A DNA stretch of 64,000 nucleotides, taken from the IMG/VR virus record IMGVR_UViG_3300013104_000003, positions 26,956-90,955 of that record; one strand, written 5' to 3'. Numbering within the stretch: the stretch's first letter is position 1; each line of letters starts with the position of its first letter. The translations under genes and the position numbers were made by a program. Source of the DNA: a virus (lineage: Duplodnaviria; Heunggongvirae; Uroviricota; Caudoviricetes). Of the stretch, positions 25,777-35,127 are shown one piece after another. The notes beneath the pieces were generated by a model. It searched no databases, had not been told where the DNA came from, and saw only the letters and a list, made by a program, of their open reading frames with translations.

Positions 25777-27951
25777 GTGGCAGATTTGAAATTTATTGAA
25801 GGACAATGGATTTTTGACATTGAAACGTATCCAAACTGCTACACTTTTTGTGCTGTATATTCAAATGGTAAGGGGATTCGTACCTTTGAGATTAGTGATC
25901 GTAAAAACGAAGTAGAAGAGATGCTTGATTTTCTTCGCAAAGTAGCTACGTCCAAACACAAGTTGGTAGGTTTTAACAATGTCGGCTTTGACTATCCCGT
26001 CATTCATTACATTTTGGAGAAGTCAAAGAAAGCAAAAGTAGCCGGTAAACCTTTGGTGATTAATGCTAAAGAGATTTATGATGTAGCTATGAAACTTATT
26101 CGTAGTCAGAATGATGAGAAGTTTGGTAATGCAATTCGGGATAAAGAAGTAAAGATCCCTCAAGTTGATCTGTTTAAGATTCATCACTTCGATAACAAGG
26201 CTCGTGCCACGTCTTTGAAGATGCTTGAATTCAATATGCAGTCAGACAACATTGAGGATCTTCCTTATCCTGTTGGTACGATGTTAAAGGATCATGAGAT
26301 TGATGAACTAATTAAGTACAACAAACACGATGTCCTTCAAACATTGAAGTTCTATAAAGAATCTATTGAGGCTATTCGTTTTCGTGAGAAACTAACTGAG
26401 AAGTACGGATTTGATTGTACAAACTATAATGACACGAAGATTGGTAAACAGTATTTTATCAATCGTCTTGAAAAAGCTATGCCGGGATCTTGTTATACAA
26501 AGAATCCTCATGGTGGACGTACAATTAATCAAACGAAACGTCCTATCATTTATTTGAAAGATGCAATTCTTCCTTACATCAAGTACGAACGTGAGGAATT
26601 TAAAGCTCTTTTGAAGTGGTTTAAGACGCGGAGCATTATAGAAACAAAAGGTGTGTTCATTGATGTACTTGAAAAAGATTTGGGAGAGCTTGCTAAATAC
26701 TCTCAACTGACAACCAAGAAACGAAAGCTGAAGACCAAACCAACCGATGAGGAATTAGTAGCACTCAAGGAAGAAAACCCATTGTCTTGGGTTGAAGAAA
26801 TTGAGTTGAAAGGTAAAGAAACTAAAGCTAATGGCGGTGGTCAGAAGAAAGCCTATTGGTTGAACTGGAAAGTTGCTGAAACATTGAACGTAGTTGTTGA
26901 TGGGTTTCGCCTTGACTTCGGTACAGGCGGTATCCATGGTAGCGTAGAATCAACAATTGTTCGCTCTGATGAGGATGAAGTAATCGACGACCGAGATGTC
27001 GCCAGCTACTATCCAAATTTAGCGATCTCTAATAACGTCTATCCAAAACATCTTGGACAGAACTTTTGCCGTATCTATAAAGATGTTTATGTAGAGCGTA
27101 AATCACACCCTAAAGGTAGCCCAGAAAACGCTGTAATGAAGCTTGCTTTGAACGGGGTGTATGGTGATTCAAATAGTGAGTTTAGTCCGTTTTATGACCC
27201 ACTTTATACCATGACAATCACCATTTCGGGCCAGCTTTCACTGTGTATGTTAGTAGAGGATTTGCTGAAGGTTGAAGGTTTGAAAATGGTACAGGCTAAC
27301 ACCGATGGCATCACTTTCAAACACAAACGTTCTGATGATCCTTTGGTTGATAAAATTGTCAGTGATTGGGAAGTGACAACAAAGCTGGAGATGGAGCGTA
27401 ACGATTATTCTATGATGGCAATTCGTGACGTTAACAATTACATCGCTATCTATGAAAAAGGTGGAAGTGTAAAACGTAAAGGAGCATACGAATATGCTGA
27501 TTTGGATTGGAATAAAAACTTCTCATCGTTGGTGATTCCTAAAGCTGCTGAGCATGAGATTCTTGGACGTGGAACTGTTGAGGAATTTATTGAGAACCAT
27601 AAAGACAAATGGGACTTTATGTTGCGTACGAAAGTACCTCGTAGCTCTCGCTTGATCATGGTGATGCCTGACGGGACGGAAGTACCGCAGCAGAATATCT
27701 GCCGGTATTACCCTGCAAAAGAAGGTGGTAAGCTTGTAAAGATTATGCCAGCACTAGAAGGTAAGGAAGCTGATGGTGATCGTCGTTTGAGTATTGATAA
27801 AGAGTGGAATGTCAATACTTGTAATGATATTAAAGATTTTAAATGGGGCGTGGACTATGAATATTATATTTCTGAAGCACGTAAATTGGTTGATCCGTTA
27901 ATGGGTAAAGGTGAAGTAATTGAAAGAAGTGTGGAAACCGATTATTCTTGA
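25777..27951 (+). CDS. Family B DNA polymerase with 3'-5' exonuclease domain
   Basis: 724 aa, GTG start with RBS. Exo I is FDIETYPN, Exo II GFNNVGFDYPVI and Exo III YNKHD. Pol motif A is DVASYYPNLAI, motif B KLALNGVYGDSN and motif C QANTDGITF. Confidence 0.8.
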   Translation: MADLKFIEGQWIFDIETYPNCYTFCAVYSNGKGIRTFEISDRKNEVEEMLDFLRKVATSKHKLVGFNNVGFDYPVIHYILEKSKKAKVAGKPLVINAKEIYDVAMKLIRSQNDEKFGNAIRDKEVKIPQVDLFKIHHFDNKARATSLKMLEFNMQSDNIEDLPYPVGTMLKDHEIDELIKYNKHDVLQTLKFYKESIEAIRFREKLTEKYGFDCTNYNDTKIGKQYFINRLEKAMPGSCYTKNPHGGRTINQTKRPIIYLKDAILPYIKYEREEFKALLKWFKTRSIIETKGVFIDVLEKDLGELAKYSQLTTKKRKLKTKPTDEELVALKEENPLSWVEEIELKGKETKANGGGQKKAYWLNWKVAETLNVVVDGFRLDFGTGGIHGSVESTIVRSDEDEVIDDRDVASYYPNLAISNNVYPKHLGQNFCRIYKDVYVERKSHPKGSPENAVMKLALNGVYGDSNSEFSPFYDPLYTMTITISGQLSLCMLVEDLLKVEGLKMVQANTDGITFKHKRSDDPLVDKIVSDWEVTTKLEMERNDYSMMAIRDVNNYIAIYEKGGSVKRKGAYEYADLDWNKNFSSLVIPKAAEHEILGRGTVEEFIENHKDKWDFMLRTKVPRSSRLIMVMPDGTEVPQQNICRYYPAKEGGKLVKIMPALEGKEADGDRRLSIDKEWNVNTCNDIKDFKWGVDYEYYISEARKLVDPLMGKGEVIERSVETDYS

Positions 27952-28480
27952 TGATATTCAAGAGCGATATGCAATTAGTAATTTTGGAAAAGTGATTGAC
28001 TTGAAGAACCAAAAGTATATGAATTGGCACGACAATGGTGCTGGTTATATGACAGTTGGTCTTCAGGGACCAAAATCAAAAGTACGAGTTCGTTATGTTC
28101 ATCGTTTGATTGCTATTGCATTCCTTGATAATCCTGATAAACTACCTCAAGTTGGACACAAGGATCATACACGAGCTAACAATTTCGTTGATAATTTGTA
28201 CTGGACAACACAGAAACAAAACACGGCAGATGGTATTGAGGCTGGGCGGATTAATGCAAATCGCCCCAAGGCTAACAGAAAAGTTACAAAAGAAATTATT
28301 TGTAAGATTGCATTGTTAGAAAGTTTAGGGTATGGTGTGAACGAGATTGCAATGAAAATGGACTTTCCGCGTACAACGATTTCTAGTGTGTTCAACGGGC
28401 GGAGTAACAGCGAGTTGTTTGAGTTCGTGCGAAAAGAAATTAGAGATTCGACTTGCATACCCCAACCAAACTTGCTATAA
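27920..28480 (+). CDS. HNH homing endonuclease (NUMOD4 plus HNH_3-type)
   Basis: 186 aa with YAISNFGKV and VGHKDHTRANNFVDNLYWTTQKQN. Overlaps the 3' end of the polymerase gene. Confidence 0.75.
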   Translation: MKEVWKPIILDDIQERYAISNFGKVIDLKNQKYMNWHDNGAGYMTVGLQGPKSKVRVRYVHRLIAIAFLDNPDKLPQVGHKDHTRANNFVDNLYWTTQKQNTADGIEAGRINANRPKANRKVTKEIICKIALLESLGYGVNEIAMKMDFPRTTISSVFNGRSNSELFEFVRKEIRDSTCIPQPNLL

Positions 28481-28528
28481 TCCTAAAGCCGCTGTAGAAA
28501 ATGTTGTTAAATTAACCAGGAGAGAAAG

Positions 28529-28657
28529 ATGAAAGCAAGTGAAAAGGTTGATCTTGTAGATAAGTTTGATTATTATGAACGACTACTGGAATTCCTTGAT
28601 GACATGATTCCTTGTTTAGACGAACTGATTCAACAATTTGATGAGGATGAAGGATGA
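28529..28657 (+). CDS. Small acidic protein (42 aa)
   Basis: RBS aggagagaaag precedes the ATG. Its stop overlaps the next start. Confidence 0.4.
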   Translation: MKASEKVDLVDKFDYYERLLEFLDDMIPCLDELIQQFDEDEG

Positions 28658-28830
28658 GTTGTGAAGATGACTGTGGATATTGTGGTCAGTGTGCAAAAGA
28701 TTTAGAGTGGGAAAGATATAACGAAGAGTTGTCCAGACGTTGGGGGCACGACCAAGATAACAAACCTGTCTATTCAAATTCTGTAGATGATTATGCAGAA
28801 TGGACAGAAGAGCTTTATAAAACTTTGTAA
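28654..28830 (+). CDS. Small zinc-ribbon-like protein (58 aa)
   Basis: Contains CEDDCGYCGQC. ATGA overlap with the upstream ORF. Confidence 0.45.
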   Translation: MSCEDDCGYCGQCAKDLEWERYNEELSRRWGHDQDNKPVYSNSVDDYAEWTEELYKTL

Positions 28831-28848
28831 ATAAACTGGAGAATAAAC

Positions 28849-29019
28849 ATGTACAAATTTAATTACACCGTAGTATCGTCTGATTACACTTTCGCAACTG
28901 ATCTTCCTACTCGCGAATTGGCCCGTAATGAGCTTCGTGAAGTGAAAGCGCTGGGCTATAAAGATGCGAAGATTATCCGTGAAGAATTCCTGCTGATCAA
29001 CTCTAAACAGGTGCGATAA
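28849..29019 (+). CDS. Small hypothetical protein (56 aa)
   Basis: ATG preceded by ggagaataaac. Confidence 0.4.
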   Translation: MYKFNYTVVSSDYTFATDLPTRELARNELREVKALGYKDAKIIREEFLLINSKQVR

Positions 29020-29020
29020 T

Positions 29021-29179
29021 ATGGCGCTGGATATTGATGACGCAAAAAGAATGGTCTCTGAAATAGTTCAACACATTGACTACGATATTTGGAAAGAGTT
29101 TGAAGATCCGGATGTAGAAGATCTGGACTATTATGACCTAGTTATGATTGTAGAAAAATACATTAAAGTGAATCCATAA
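29021..29179 (+). CDS. Small acidic protein (52 aa)
   Basis: Starts 2 nt after the upstream stop. Confidence 0.4.
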   Translation: MALDIDDAKRMVSEIVQHIDYDIWKEFEDPDVEDLDYYDLVMIVEKYIKVNP

Positions 29180-29189
29180 GGAGAAACAC

Positions 29190-29348
29190 ATGCGTGGTAG
29201 TAAAGCTAAAGCACTTCGTAAAATTGCTAAAGAAAATGCAACTGTAAAAGAAACTTCGTACATTCATCCACATCGTACTCCTACGCTGTATCTGGAGCCT
29301 AATTGTGAACGTGCTTTGTATCAGGCTTTGAAACAGGAGAGTAAATAA
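29190..29348 (+). CDS. Small basic protein (52 aa)
   Basis: RBS aaggagaaac. Its stop overlaps the next ATG (TAATG). Confidence 0.4.
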   Translation: MRGSKAKALRKIAKENATVKETSYIHPHRTPTLYLEPNCERALYQALKQESK

Positions 29349-29647
29349 TGAAAGCTCTAGCAATTATCTGCTGTATCATTGGTGGTGTTTTAGCAGTTGC
29401 AGGCATGGCTGTTTGGTGGGCATATGCATTGTCTGTACTTTGGACTTGGTTTATTGTACCACTCGGTGTAAAATCCCTCACTGTTGCACATGCCTATGGC
29501 GTATCTGTTGTAATGGGAATGTTCCTCGGTACTCGTGGAATCAAAGAAAATAAAAACCAAGACGATTGGATTAGTGCAGTAATTACTTGGATTATTTATC
29601 CAGCATGTGCACTGTTCTTTGGTTGGATTGCTCTTGGGTTTATGTAA
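29348..29647 (+). CDS. Integral membrane protein (3-4 TM helices)
   Basis: 99 aa, almost entirely hydrophobic. Confidence 0.55.
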   Translation: MKALAIICCIIGGVLAVAGMAVWWAYALSVLWTWFIVPLGVKSLTVAHAYGVSVVMGMFLGTRGIKENKNQDDWISAVITWIIYPACALFFGWIALGFM

Positions 29648-29724
29648 AGAATTTGTCGGAAGGCAGATATACCCTCACAATAATGTGAACAAAACTATAC
29701 ACAACTTAATAGAGAAAATTAAAT

Positions 29725-30465
29725 ATGACTAACAAAACCGAAGTGATCGTTCGTGACCTGCCTAAATCGGGTACTCTGGAAACAGCAAATGTTTACATCA
29801 AAAACGCTGTAGTTTACTACGCAGCCGTACACGACCCGAAACTTAAATACCAGTCGCAGGAGAAAGAGTTTAGTGCAACTGTCTTTGTGGATGAGGAAGC
29901 TAAGGATCGGCTGCTTGATGAAGTGATGGTTAACAAATCCTTCTCCCAAGTGGGCATCACCAAAACTTCTAAGCCACCTCGAAAAATTAAATTCGCATTG
30001 TCTTCGCAAGTTGAAGAAGGTAAAGCTAATTATGATCTGGTAGATGGTTTGTGGGGCTTCAACATTGCCAAGCCTGAGTTTAGCAAGAAGGGTCTGCCAA
30101 TGTCTGTTAACGTGATTGATGCAGAAGGTAATGCATTCACTGAGAACGTCGGTAATGGTAGTGTTGTTAACCTGAAGTTGTTTGGCTATAAGAATCAGGA
30201 CGGTCAACTTACTGTTACTCTGGACACTATTCAAGTGATTGAGCACGTAGCTTATGAGGGTAAAGGTTCGTCTGATTCGGTTGATGATGATGTATTGGGT
30301 GTAAGTTATAAGGTGAAAAAGACTGAGGCTAAGCCTGCTGAAGAGGAAGCTACTGTAGCGCCTAAGAAAGCAAACCCAGTTCCACAGAAAAATGATGTAG
30401 ATACTTCTTTCGAGGAAGATTTGCCTTTCAATCGTATCAGTGATCGTCTGTTGATGATTATTTAA
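29725..30465 (+). CDS. Single-stranded DNA-binding protein (T7 gp2.5-like)
   Basis: 246 aa. The N-terminal OB-like region resembles gp2.5. The acidic C-terminal region carries an SSB-type DLPF motif. Confidence 0.6.
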   Translation: MTNKTEVIVRDLPKSGTLETANVYIKNAVVYYAAVHDPKLKYQSQEKEFSATVFVDEEAKDRLLDEVMVNKSFSQVGITKTSKPPRKIKFALSSQVEEGKANYDLVDGLWGFNIAKPEFSKKGLPMSVNVIDAEGNAFTENVGNGSVVNLKLFGYKNQDGQLTVTLDTIQVIEHVAYEGKGSSDSVDDDVLGVSYKVKKTEAKPAEEEATVAPKKANPVPQKNDVDTSFEEDLPFNRISDRLLMII

Positions 30466-30527
30466 GGAAATTAAGAGCAAGGATGCTCATCCATTTAAAA
30501 CAAATTAATTTACTAGGAGAGACAAAT

Positions 30528-30743
30528 ATGAACGAACAAGAATTTTTCACTAACATGGTACGCCTGCTGACTGAAGCTGAAAACACCCGACTGAGTGTCA
30601 AGGCTTTGCAAGATAATGGTAAAGAAGCTGAGTTGGATGTTAAGACTCTCAAAACTGCTGCGGCCCTTTATGTGAAGAACATCTTCGAGGAGAAGTCTGA
30701 AGAATTTCATAAAGTAAAAGTTGCTTATGAAACTTATGCTTAA
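30528..30743 (+). CDS. Hypothetical protein
   Basis: 71 aa from the ATG with RBS aggagagac. The track ORF 30483-30743 starts at an upstream Met. Confidence 0.45.
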   Translation: MNEQEFFTNMVRLLTEAENTRLSVKALQDNGKEAELDVKTLKTAAALYVKNIFEEKSEEFHKVKVAYETYA

Positions 30744-30756
30744 TTGATTTGAATAG

Positions 30757-30786
30757 AGCCGGTGAAATATCCGGCTTTCTTTTACC
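30757..30786 (+). terminator. Rho-independent terminator AGCCGG-tgaaatat-CCGGCT plus a T-run
   Basis: 6-bp stem followed by ttcttttacc. Confidence 0.5.
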
Positions 30787-30799
30787 AAGGAGAATTAAA

Positions 30800-31111
30800 A
30801 TGGGTGTAGATGTTAGTGCAATGACTTATGTTGGTGTTTATGCTGATGATGCAGAGGCTTACCTGATTGAAAAAGGTTTTCTGAAAGAAGATCAACTCCA
30901 CGAAGAATTTGATGGTGATTTTGAATACGCACTTGAACAAATTAAGTGCCCACTGGAAGTTCAAGCTATCAGTTATTATTCTGATCAAGGGTACTATATA
31001 GGTTTTGAAACTTATCCATCTAACTATAAAGACTTTGACGGACTGATTGCAAAGTTTAAAGAAATTACTGGGGGTGATGCTGAAGTTCATTCTTTTGAAC
31101 AATGGCATTGA
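30800..31111 (+). CDS. Hypothetical protein
   Basis: 103 aa from the Met with RBS aaggagaatt. Confidence 0.5.
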   Translation: MGVDVSAMTYVGVYADDAEAYLIEKGFLKEDQLHEEFDGDFEYALEQIKCPLEVQAISYYSDQGYYIGFETYPSNYKDFDGLIAKFKEITGGDAEVHSFEQWH

Positions 31112-31122
31112 GGAGAACTCTT

Positions 31123-31335
31123 ATGGGTTGGGGCGGTGGAACATACATTTTTGATGCTGTTGTAGGTGCTCTACGTGATGCTAAAGTCACAAAGGAGCAA
31201 TTTGAAACCATCATTATTGATTTGAATGAAGAGCTTGAATCACAGGATTGGGATAATCTTTGCGAATCAGATTATTATGATGACCCTCAAATTAAGGACA
31301 TCTTTGATCTTTGGGAGGAGGAAGATGACGAGTAA
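31123..31335 (+). CDS. Small protein with a highly acidic C-terminus
   Basis: 70 aa from the ATG with RBS gaggagaa. The C-terminus is DLWEEEDDE. Confidence 0.45.
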   Translation: MGWGGGTYIFDAVVGALRDAKVTKEQFETIIIDLNEELESQDWDNLCESDYYDDPQIKDIFDLWEEEDDE

Positions 31336-32326
31336 AATAACTTCAATTATAGACCTAGATTACGTAAAGTATTCCTCTGCATCAGTTGGTGAGAAACGTT
31401 CTATTATCGTGACACATAAAACTTCAGGGCGTGAAAAGGAGTTCAACACACGAACAGAATTCTACGGACGAGATAAGGCAAAGTCTGGAGGTTGGCTTGG
31501 TGAATTGAATGCAAAACGTGCCAGCCCTTTTGCTGTAGATGAGTTTGATATTGTTGATCGTCAAGTTGCTGAACCAATTGATCATGTGTTGCAGATTGCA
31601 AAGACTCAAGTTGAAGGTGATCTAAAACGACTTGGTACAACTAAGTACAAAGCTTTCTTGGGTAAAGGTGATAGTTTCCGAGTAGAGTTGTCCACACTAA
31701 AGAAGTACAAAGACAATCGAAAGGATATGCTTCGGCCCTTGCATATGGATGCAGTTACAGAGTATCTTGAACGTAAGTTTAAAGCTGAGATTGTCACAGG
31801 TATTGAAGCTGATGATCGTTGTGTAATTGAGGCTTACAATAATCCTAATGCTATAATTCAGGGTCTGGATAAAGACTACTATGGACAACCAGTAAAGTTC
31901 TTCAACGTCAACCGACCAGAAGAAGGTATTCAAGACTGCAATCAGTTTGGTAGCTTGTGGTTAGATGATAAAGGAGATGTTCGTGGTATTGGACGTATGC
32001 ACCTTTATTGGCAAGTAGCTTCAAATGATACATCAGACAACTATGCTGCAAACTGTTTCTCAGACATTAAGTGGGCGGGGAAATCAGCCTACAAAAGCTT
32101 AGTAGAGGCTAAGACTGACACTGAGGCATGGGAGAAGCTTAAAGGGATTTTCCAGTACCTTTATCCCGAAGAAAAGACTGTTTTAGGCTGGAGAAACGAC
32201 CCTATCAACATCACTTGGAATTATGTCTTGAATGAGATGTTTATGATGGCTAGGATGCTTAAGGTTGAGGGTGAGAGTATTAATGCTTATGATGTTATGG
32301 ATAAATTGGGAGTAAGTTATGATTAG
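31325..32326 (+). CDS. 5'-3' exonuclease / flap endonuclease (T4 RNase H / T5 D15-like)
   Basis: 333 aa from the ATG with strong RBS gggaggaggaag. FEN signature GIEADDRCVIEAY (G-x-EADD). DKDYYG aligns with the SxDKD motif. Confidence 0.65.
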   Translation: MTSKITSIIDLDYVKYSSASVGEKRSIIVTHKTSGREKEFNTRTEFYGRDKAKSGGWLGELNAKRASPFAVDEFDIVDRQVAEPIDHVLQIAKTQVEGDLKRLGTTKYKAFLGKGDSFRVELSTLKKYKDNRKDMLRPLHMDAVTEYLERKFKAEIVTGIEADDRCVIEAYNNPNAIIQGLDKDYYGQPVKFFNVNRPEEGIQDCNQFGSLWLDDKGDVRGIGRMHLYWQVASNDTSDNYAANCFSDIKWAGKSAYKSLVEAKTDTEAWEKLKGIFQYLYPEEKTVLGWRNDPINITWNYVLNEMFMMARMLKVEGESINAYDVMDKLGVSYD

Positions 32327-32495
32327 TCAAACAGCAGAAAAGATGCATGACGGCATCATGAACAACATTGAAAGTATTATTGATCTAGGTTACTTGGAGT
32401 ATTCTTCCACTAAAGAATACCTTGATATGTGCAATGCAATCTACATCTTTTGTGAAGCTTATAAACAAGGTATCTGGACCGAAGATGAAGAGTGA
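32319..32495 (+). CDS. Small hypothetical protein (58 aa)
   Basis: ATG at 32319. Overlaps both neighbours by a few nt. Confidence 0.35.
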   Translation: MISQTAEKMHDGIMNNIESIIDLGYLEYSSTKEYLDMCNAIYIFCEAYKQGIWTEDEE

Positions 32496-33021
32496 GCCAT
32501 GGATTGAAGCACCGCATATCTGGCCTACTAAATCAAGTTTCTTTGTATTCTTAAGGGGTGCGTTACGTCGAGCAATTTGGGAACGTTGGCCTTTGAAGAT
32601 CGAATTCAAGAATGAAGCTTGTAGCCCACCACCAGAAGATTATAAAGGACGTGCAAAGAGTGGGGCATATTGTGCTCTATCTGGTGAGTGGGTTGGCAAA
32701 TCAGCCAGTGAGATTGATCACGTAATTGGGAATGCAAGCTTAAAAGATTGGGAAGATGTGTTACCATTCATTCTGCATCTGTGTGCTTCCAAGGATAATA
32801 TGCAAATCGTGTCCAAGGAAGCACACAAAATTAAGAGCTACGCTGAAAAGATGGGAATTACTTTCGAGGAGGCTTCATACACCAAAGAGGCAATCGCCAT
32901 TTGTAAGGCTAAAGCTGATGTTAAGTGGTTGCAGGATAAAGGTATTCGACCAGATAATAATGGGTTGAAGCGACGTGGACAGATTATTAATCAATTGAGG
33001 AAAGAGAATGAGCACAGTTGA
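32485..33021 (+). CDS. Putative HNH-motif nuclease
   Basis: 178 aa. CALSGEWVGKSASEIDHVIGN...N...EAHK fits a C..G...DH..N..H HNH-like arrangement. Confidence 0.4.
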   Translation: MKSEPWIEAPHIWPTKSSFFVFLRGALRRAIWERWPLKIEFKNEACSPPPEDYKGRAKSGAYCALSGEWVGKSASEIDHVIGNASLKDWEDVLPFILHLCASKDNMQIVSKEAHKIKSYAEKMGITFEEASYTKEAIAICKAKADVKWLQDKGIRPDNNGLKRRGQIINQLRKENEHS

Positions 33022-33127
33022 AAATGATGGAATAGACCATTTTTGGTCGTACCACTACACAGCTTCCCTAGTCGAACTTGTGATGATGGCTGAATGCTGG
33101 GCAATGTTGTTTTGGAGGGTTTGAGAT

Positions 33128-33379
33128 ATGACTAATATTGAATTTAGTGAAATCATGATCGCAATTGAGAAATTGTCTGCGAAAATTGACAAGTTTGAAG
33201 CTCAACTGAAAGGGGTTAACTATACAGACGAAGACTGGGAAAACCTTAACCATTTTGTCAACAGATTGACTTCCAACACAATGGACAAAACAGATAAGGG
33301 TGAAGGTCTTACTCGTTTTGAAGATAGCAAAAGTCTCTTTGAACATTTGCACATTGGAATTAAAGACACTTGTAATTAA
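33128..33379 (+). CDS. Hypothetical protein
   Basis: 83 aa with RBS ggagggtttgag. Confidence 0.5.
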   Translation: MTNIEFSEIMIAIEKLSAKIDKFEAQLKGVNYTDEDWENLNHFVNRLTSNTMDKTDKGEGLTRFEDSKSLFEHLHIGIKDTCN

Positions 33380-33404
33380 TTTATTAGAATATTTGGAGGG
33401 TGGG

Positions 33405-33584
33405 ATGAAAGCTTATGTTGTGACACATGTTGAACATGACTGGGATAATATCTTGGCAGTGTTCACACAGCAACAAGACGCTAAAGATTGGATTGACTGG
33501 TACTGTGATTATTGTGAAACACCAAAAGATTGTCTAATTTTGCATTCACGTAATTTGCGAGATAAATTTGAAGAGGAACTTTAA
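33405..33584 (+). CDS. Small hypothetical protein
   Basis: 59 aa from the ATG with RBS ggagggtggg. The track ORF starts at an upstream Met. Confidence 0.4.
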   Translation: MKAYVVTHVEHDWDNILAVFTQQQDAKDWIDWYCDYCETPKDCLILHSRNLRDKFEEEL

Positions 33585-34502
33585 GTGATCACAAAAGAAT
33601 GGCACAATGAAGCACTGAGTTTGCGAGATAGTGGTTTTAGTGGTCGAGCTATTGCAAATATTATTGGTAAATCTAAATCTCAAGTAAATGATTTCTTTAA
33701 GTTTGTATTTGGTAGTAAACAAGAGGCTAAACTTGAAGGTCCAAAGATTCTCTTTATCGACATTGAGCTTAAGCCGATTCTTGCACAAGTGTGGGCACTG
33801 TGGGATCAGAATGTTGGGTTGAACCAAATCCAAGAAGATTGGTCTATCTTGTCCTACTGTGCTAAATGGAAAGGATCGGATGAGATTATCTATGAAGACC
33901 TTCAAGGCTCAGATGACTTTGAAGATGATAGCAGCCTTCTCGGTAATCTGTGGTCCCTGTTGAATGAAGCTGATGTAGTTGTTGGGCAGAATAGCAAGCG
34001 ATTTGATGTCAAGAAGATTAATGCACGTCTTGTATTGAATGGTTATCCAAAACCAAGTACATTTCGTCAGATAGACACGCTGCTTATTGCTAAAGCTCAG
34101 TTTGGATTCACTAGCAACAAGCTTCAGTATATGACAGATCGTTTGTGCACTAAATATAAAAAGCTTGAGCATGGTAAATTTGCTGGACATCTTCTTTGGT
34201 CGGAGTGTATGCGTAACAATCCCGAAGCTTGGGAAGAAATGCGTAAATATAACATCAATGATGTGTTGAGTTTGGAAGAGCTTTACGATACACTCAGTTC
34301 GTGGGATTCAACACTTCCTAACTTTGATGTTTATGTTGATGAGATTCTTGATATGAGTGAATGGACAAAAGACGGATTCCACTATACAAATCTTGGTAAA
34401 TATCAACGCTATCGTAACAAAGTAACAGGTGTTCAACGTCGTAGTCGTGTGAATTTGTTGAGCAAAGAGAAACGAGAAAGCTTGCTAAGTAATATCGTTT
34501 AG
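33585..34502 (+). CDS. DnaQ/RNase H-fold 3'-5' exonuclease-like protein with an N-terminal HTH
   Basis: 305 aa, GTG start with RBS. HTH-like SGFSGRAIANIIGKSKSQV. ILFIDIE matches a DxE exonuclease motif I. Confidence 0.5.
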   Translation: MITKEWHNEALSLRDSGFSGRAIANIIGKSKSQVNDFFKFVFGSKQEAKLEGPKILFIDIELKPILAQVWALWDQNVGLNQIQEDWSILSYCAKWKGSDEIIYEDLQGSDDFEDDSSLLGNLWSLLNEADVVVGQNSKRFDVKKINARLVLNGYPKPSTFRQIDTLLIAKAQFGFTSNKLQYMTDRLCTKYKKLEHGKFAGHLLWSECMRNNPEAWEEMRKYNINDVLSLEELYDTLSSWDSTLPNFDVYVDEILDMSEWTKDGFHYTNLGKYQRYRNKVTGVQRRSRVNLLSKEKRESLLSNIV

Positions 34503-34560
34503 TCTAGAATGTGAGGGACAAACAGCACAATGTGGATGTGCAAAGAAAGAGGAGAGAAAC

Positions 34561-35124
34561 TTGAACAAAAGAATTATTGGAGTGGATGTTGATCTAACAG
34601 TTTGTCCAAGTGATAAAGCTTGGTGGGAGCAGCTTAAGAAAACAAGTTGTGCATTTCCCAAAACATCATTAGAATTGCTTTCAATGAATGGTGAAGTAGA
34701 TTACGATCTTTCTAATTATTTCGTCGCACCAAAAGATCGTTATGCATATTGGCGAGAACTAGATTACAATCAGTTTCAACCAATTGAAGGTAGTGTTGAA
34801 AAACTTAAAGCCTTGAGTAAATACTTTAGCATTGTATTCATCTCAGCTTGCAAAGGAAACCATCATCGTAGTAAAGTGTACTGGCTTAAAGAACACTTCC
34901 CGTTCATGACCGGATTCATGGCAACTAAGGAGAAGTTCCTTATGAATTCATCTGTTGTAGCAATGATTGATGATAGATTGGATAACCTTCAAGGATTTGA
35001 TCAACACAAGCGAATCTTGTATAAAACACCGTATAAACAATCTGTAGATGTGCGTGTTGACAGTGTGATTGAAAGTTGGGATAGTTTTTCAGTAAAAGAA
35101 TTTTGTGATAATTATTTGGAGTGA
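34561..35124 (+). CDS. HAD-superfamily 5'(3')-deoxyribonucleotidase-like (NT5C-like)
   Basis: 187 aa, TTG start with RBS gaggagag. The N-terminal IIGVDVDLTV resembles the HAD motif I DxDxT. Confidence 0.5.
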   Translation: MNKRIIGVDVDLTVCPSDKAWWEQLKKTSCAFPKTSLELLSMNGEVDYDLSNYFVAPKDRYAYWRELDYNQFQPIEGSVEKLKALSKYFSIVFISACKGNHHRSKVYWLKEHFPFMTGFMATKEKFLMNSSVVAMIDDRLDNLQGFDQHKRILYKTPYKQSVDVRVDSVIESWDSFSVKEFCDNYLE

Positions 35125-35127
35125 GAT

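Noticed and set aside
29719-30480. 253-aa minus-strand ORF
   Set aside because: Exact antisense shadow of the SSB gene (29725-30465). Leu/Ile/Phe-rich product typical of a reverse-frame artefact.
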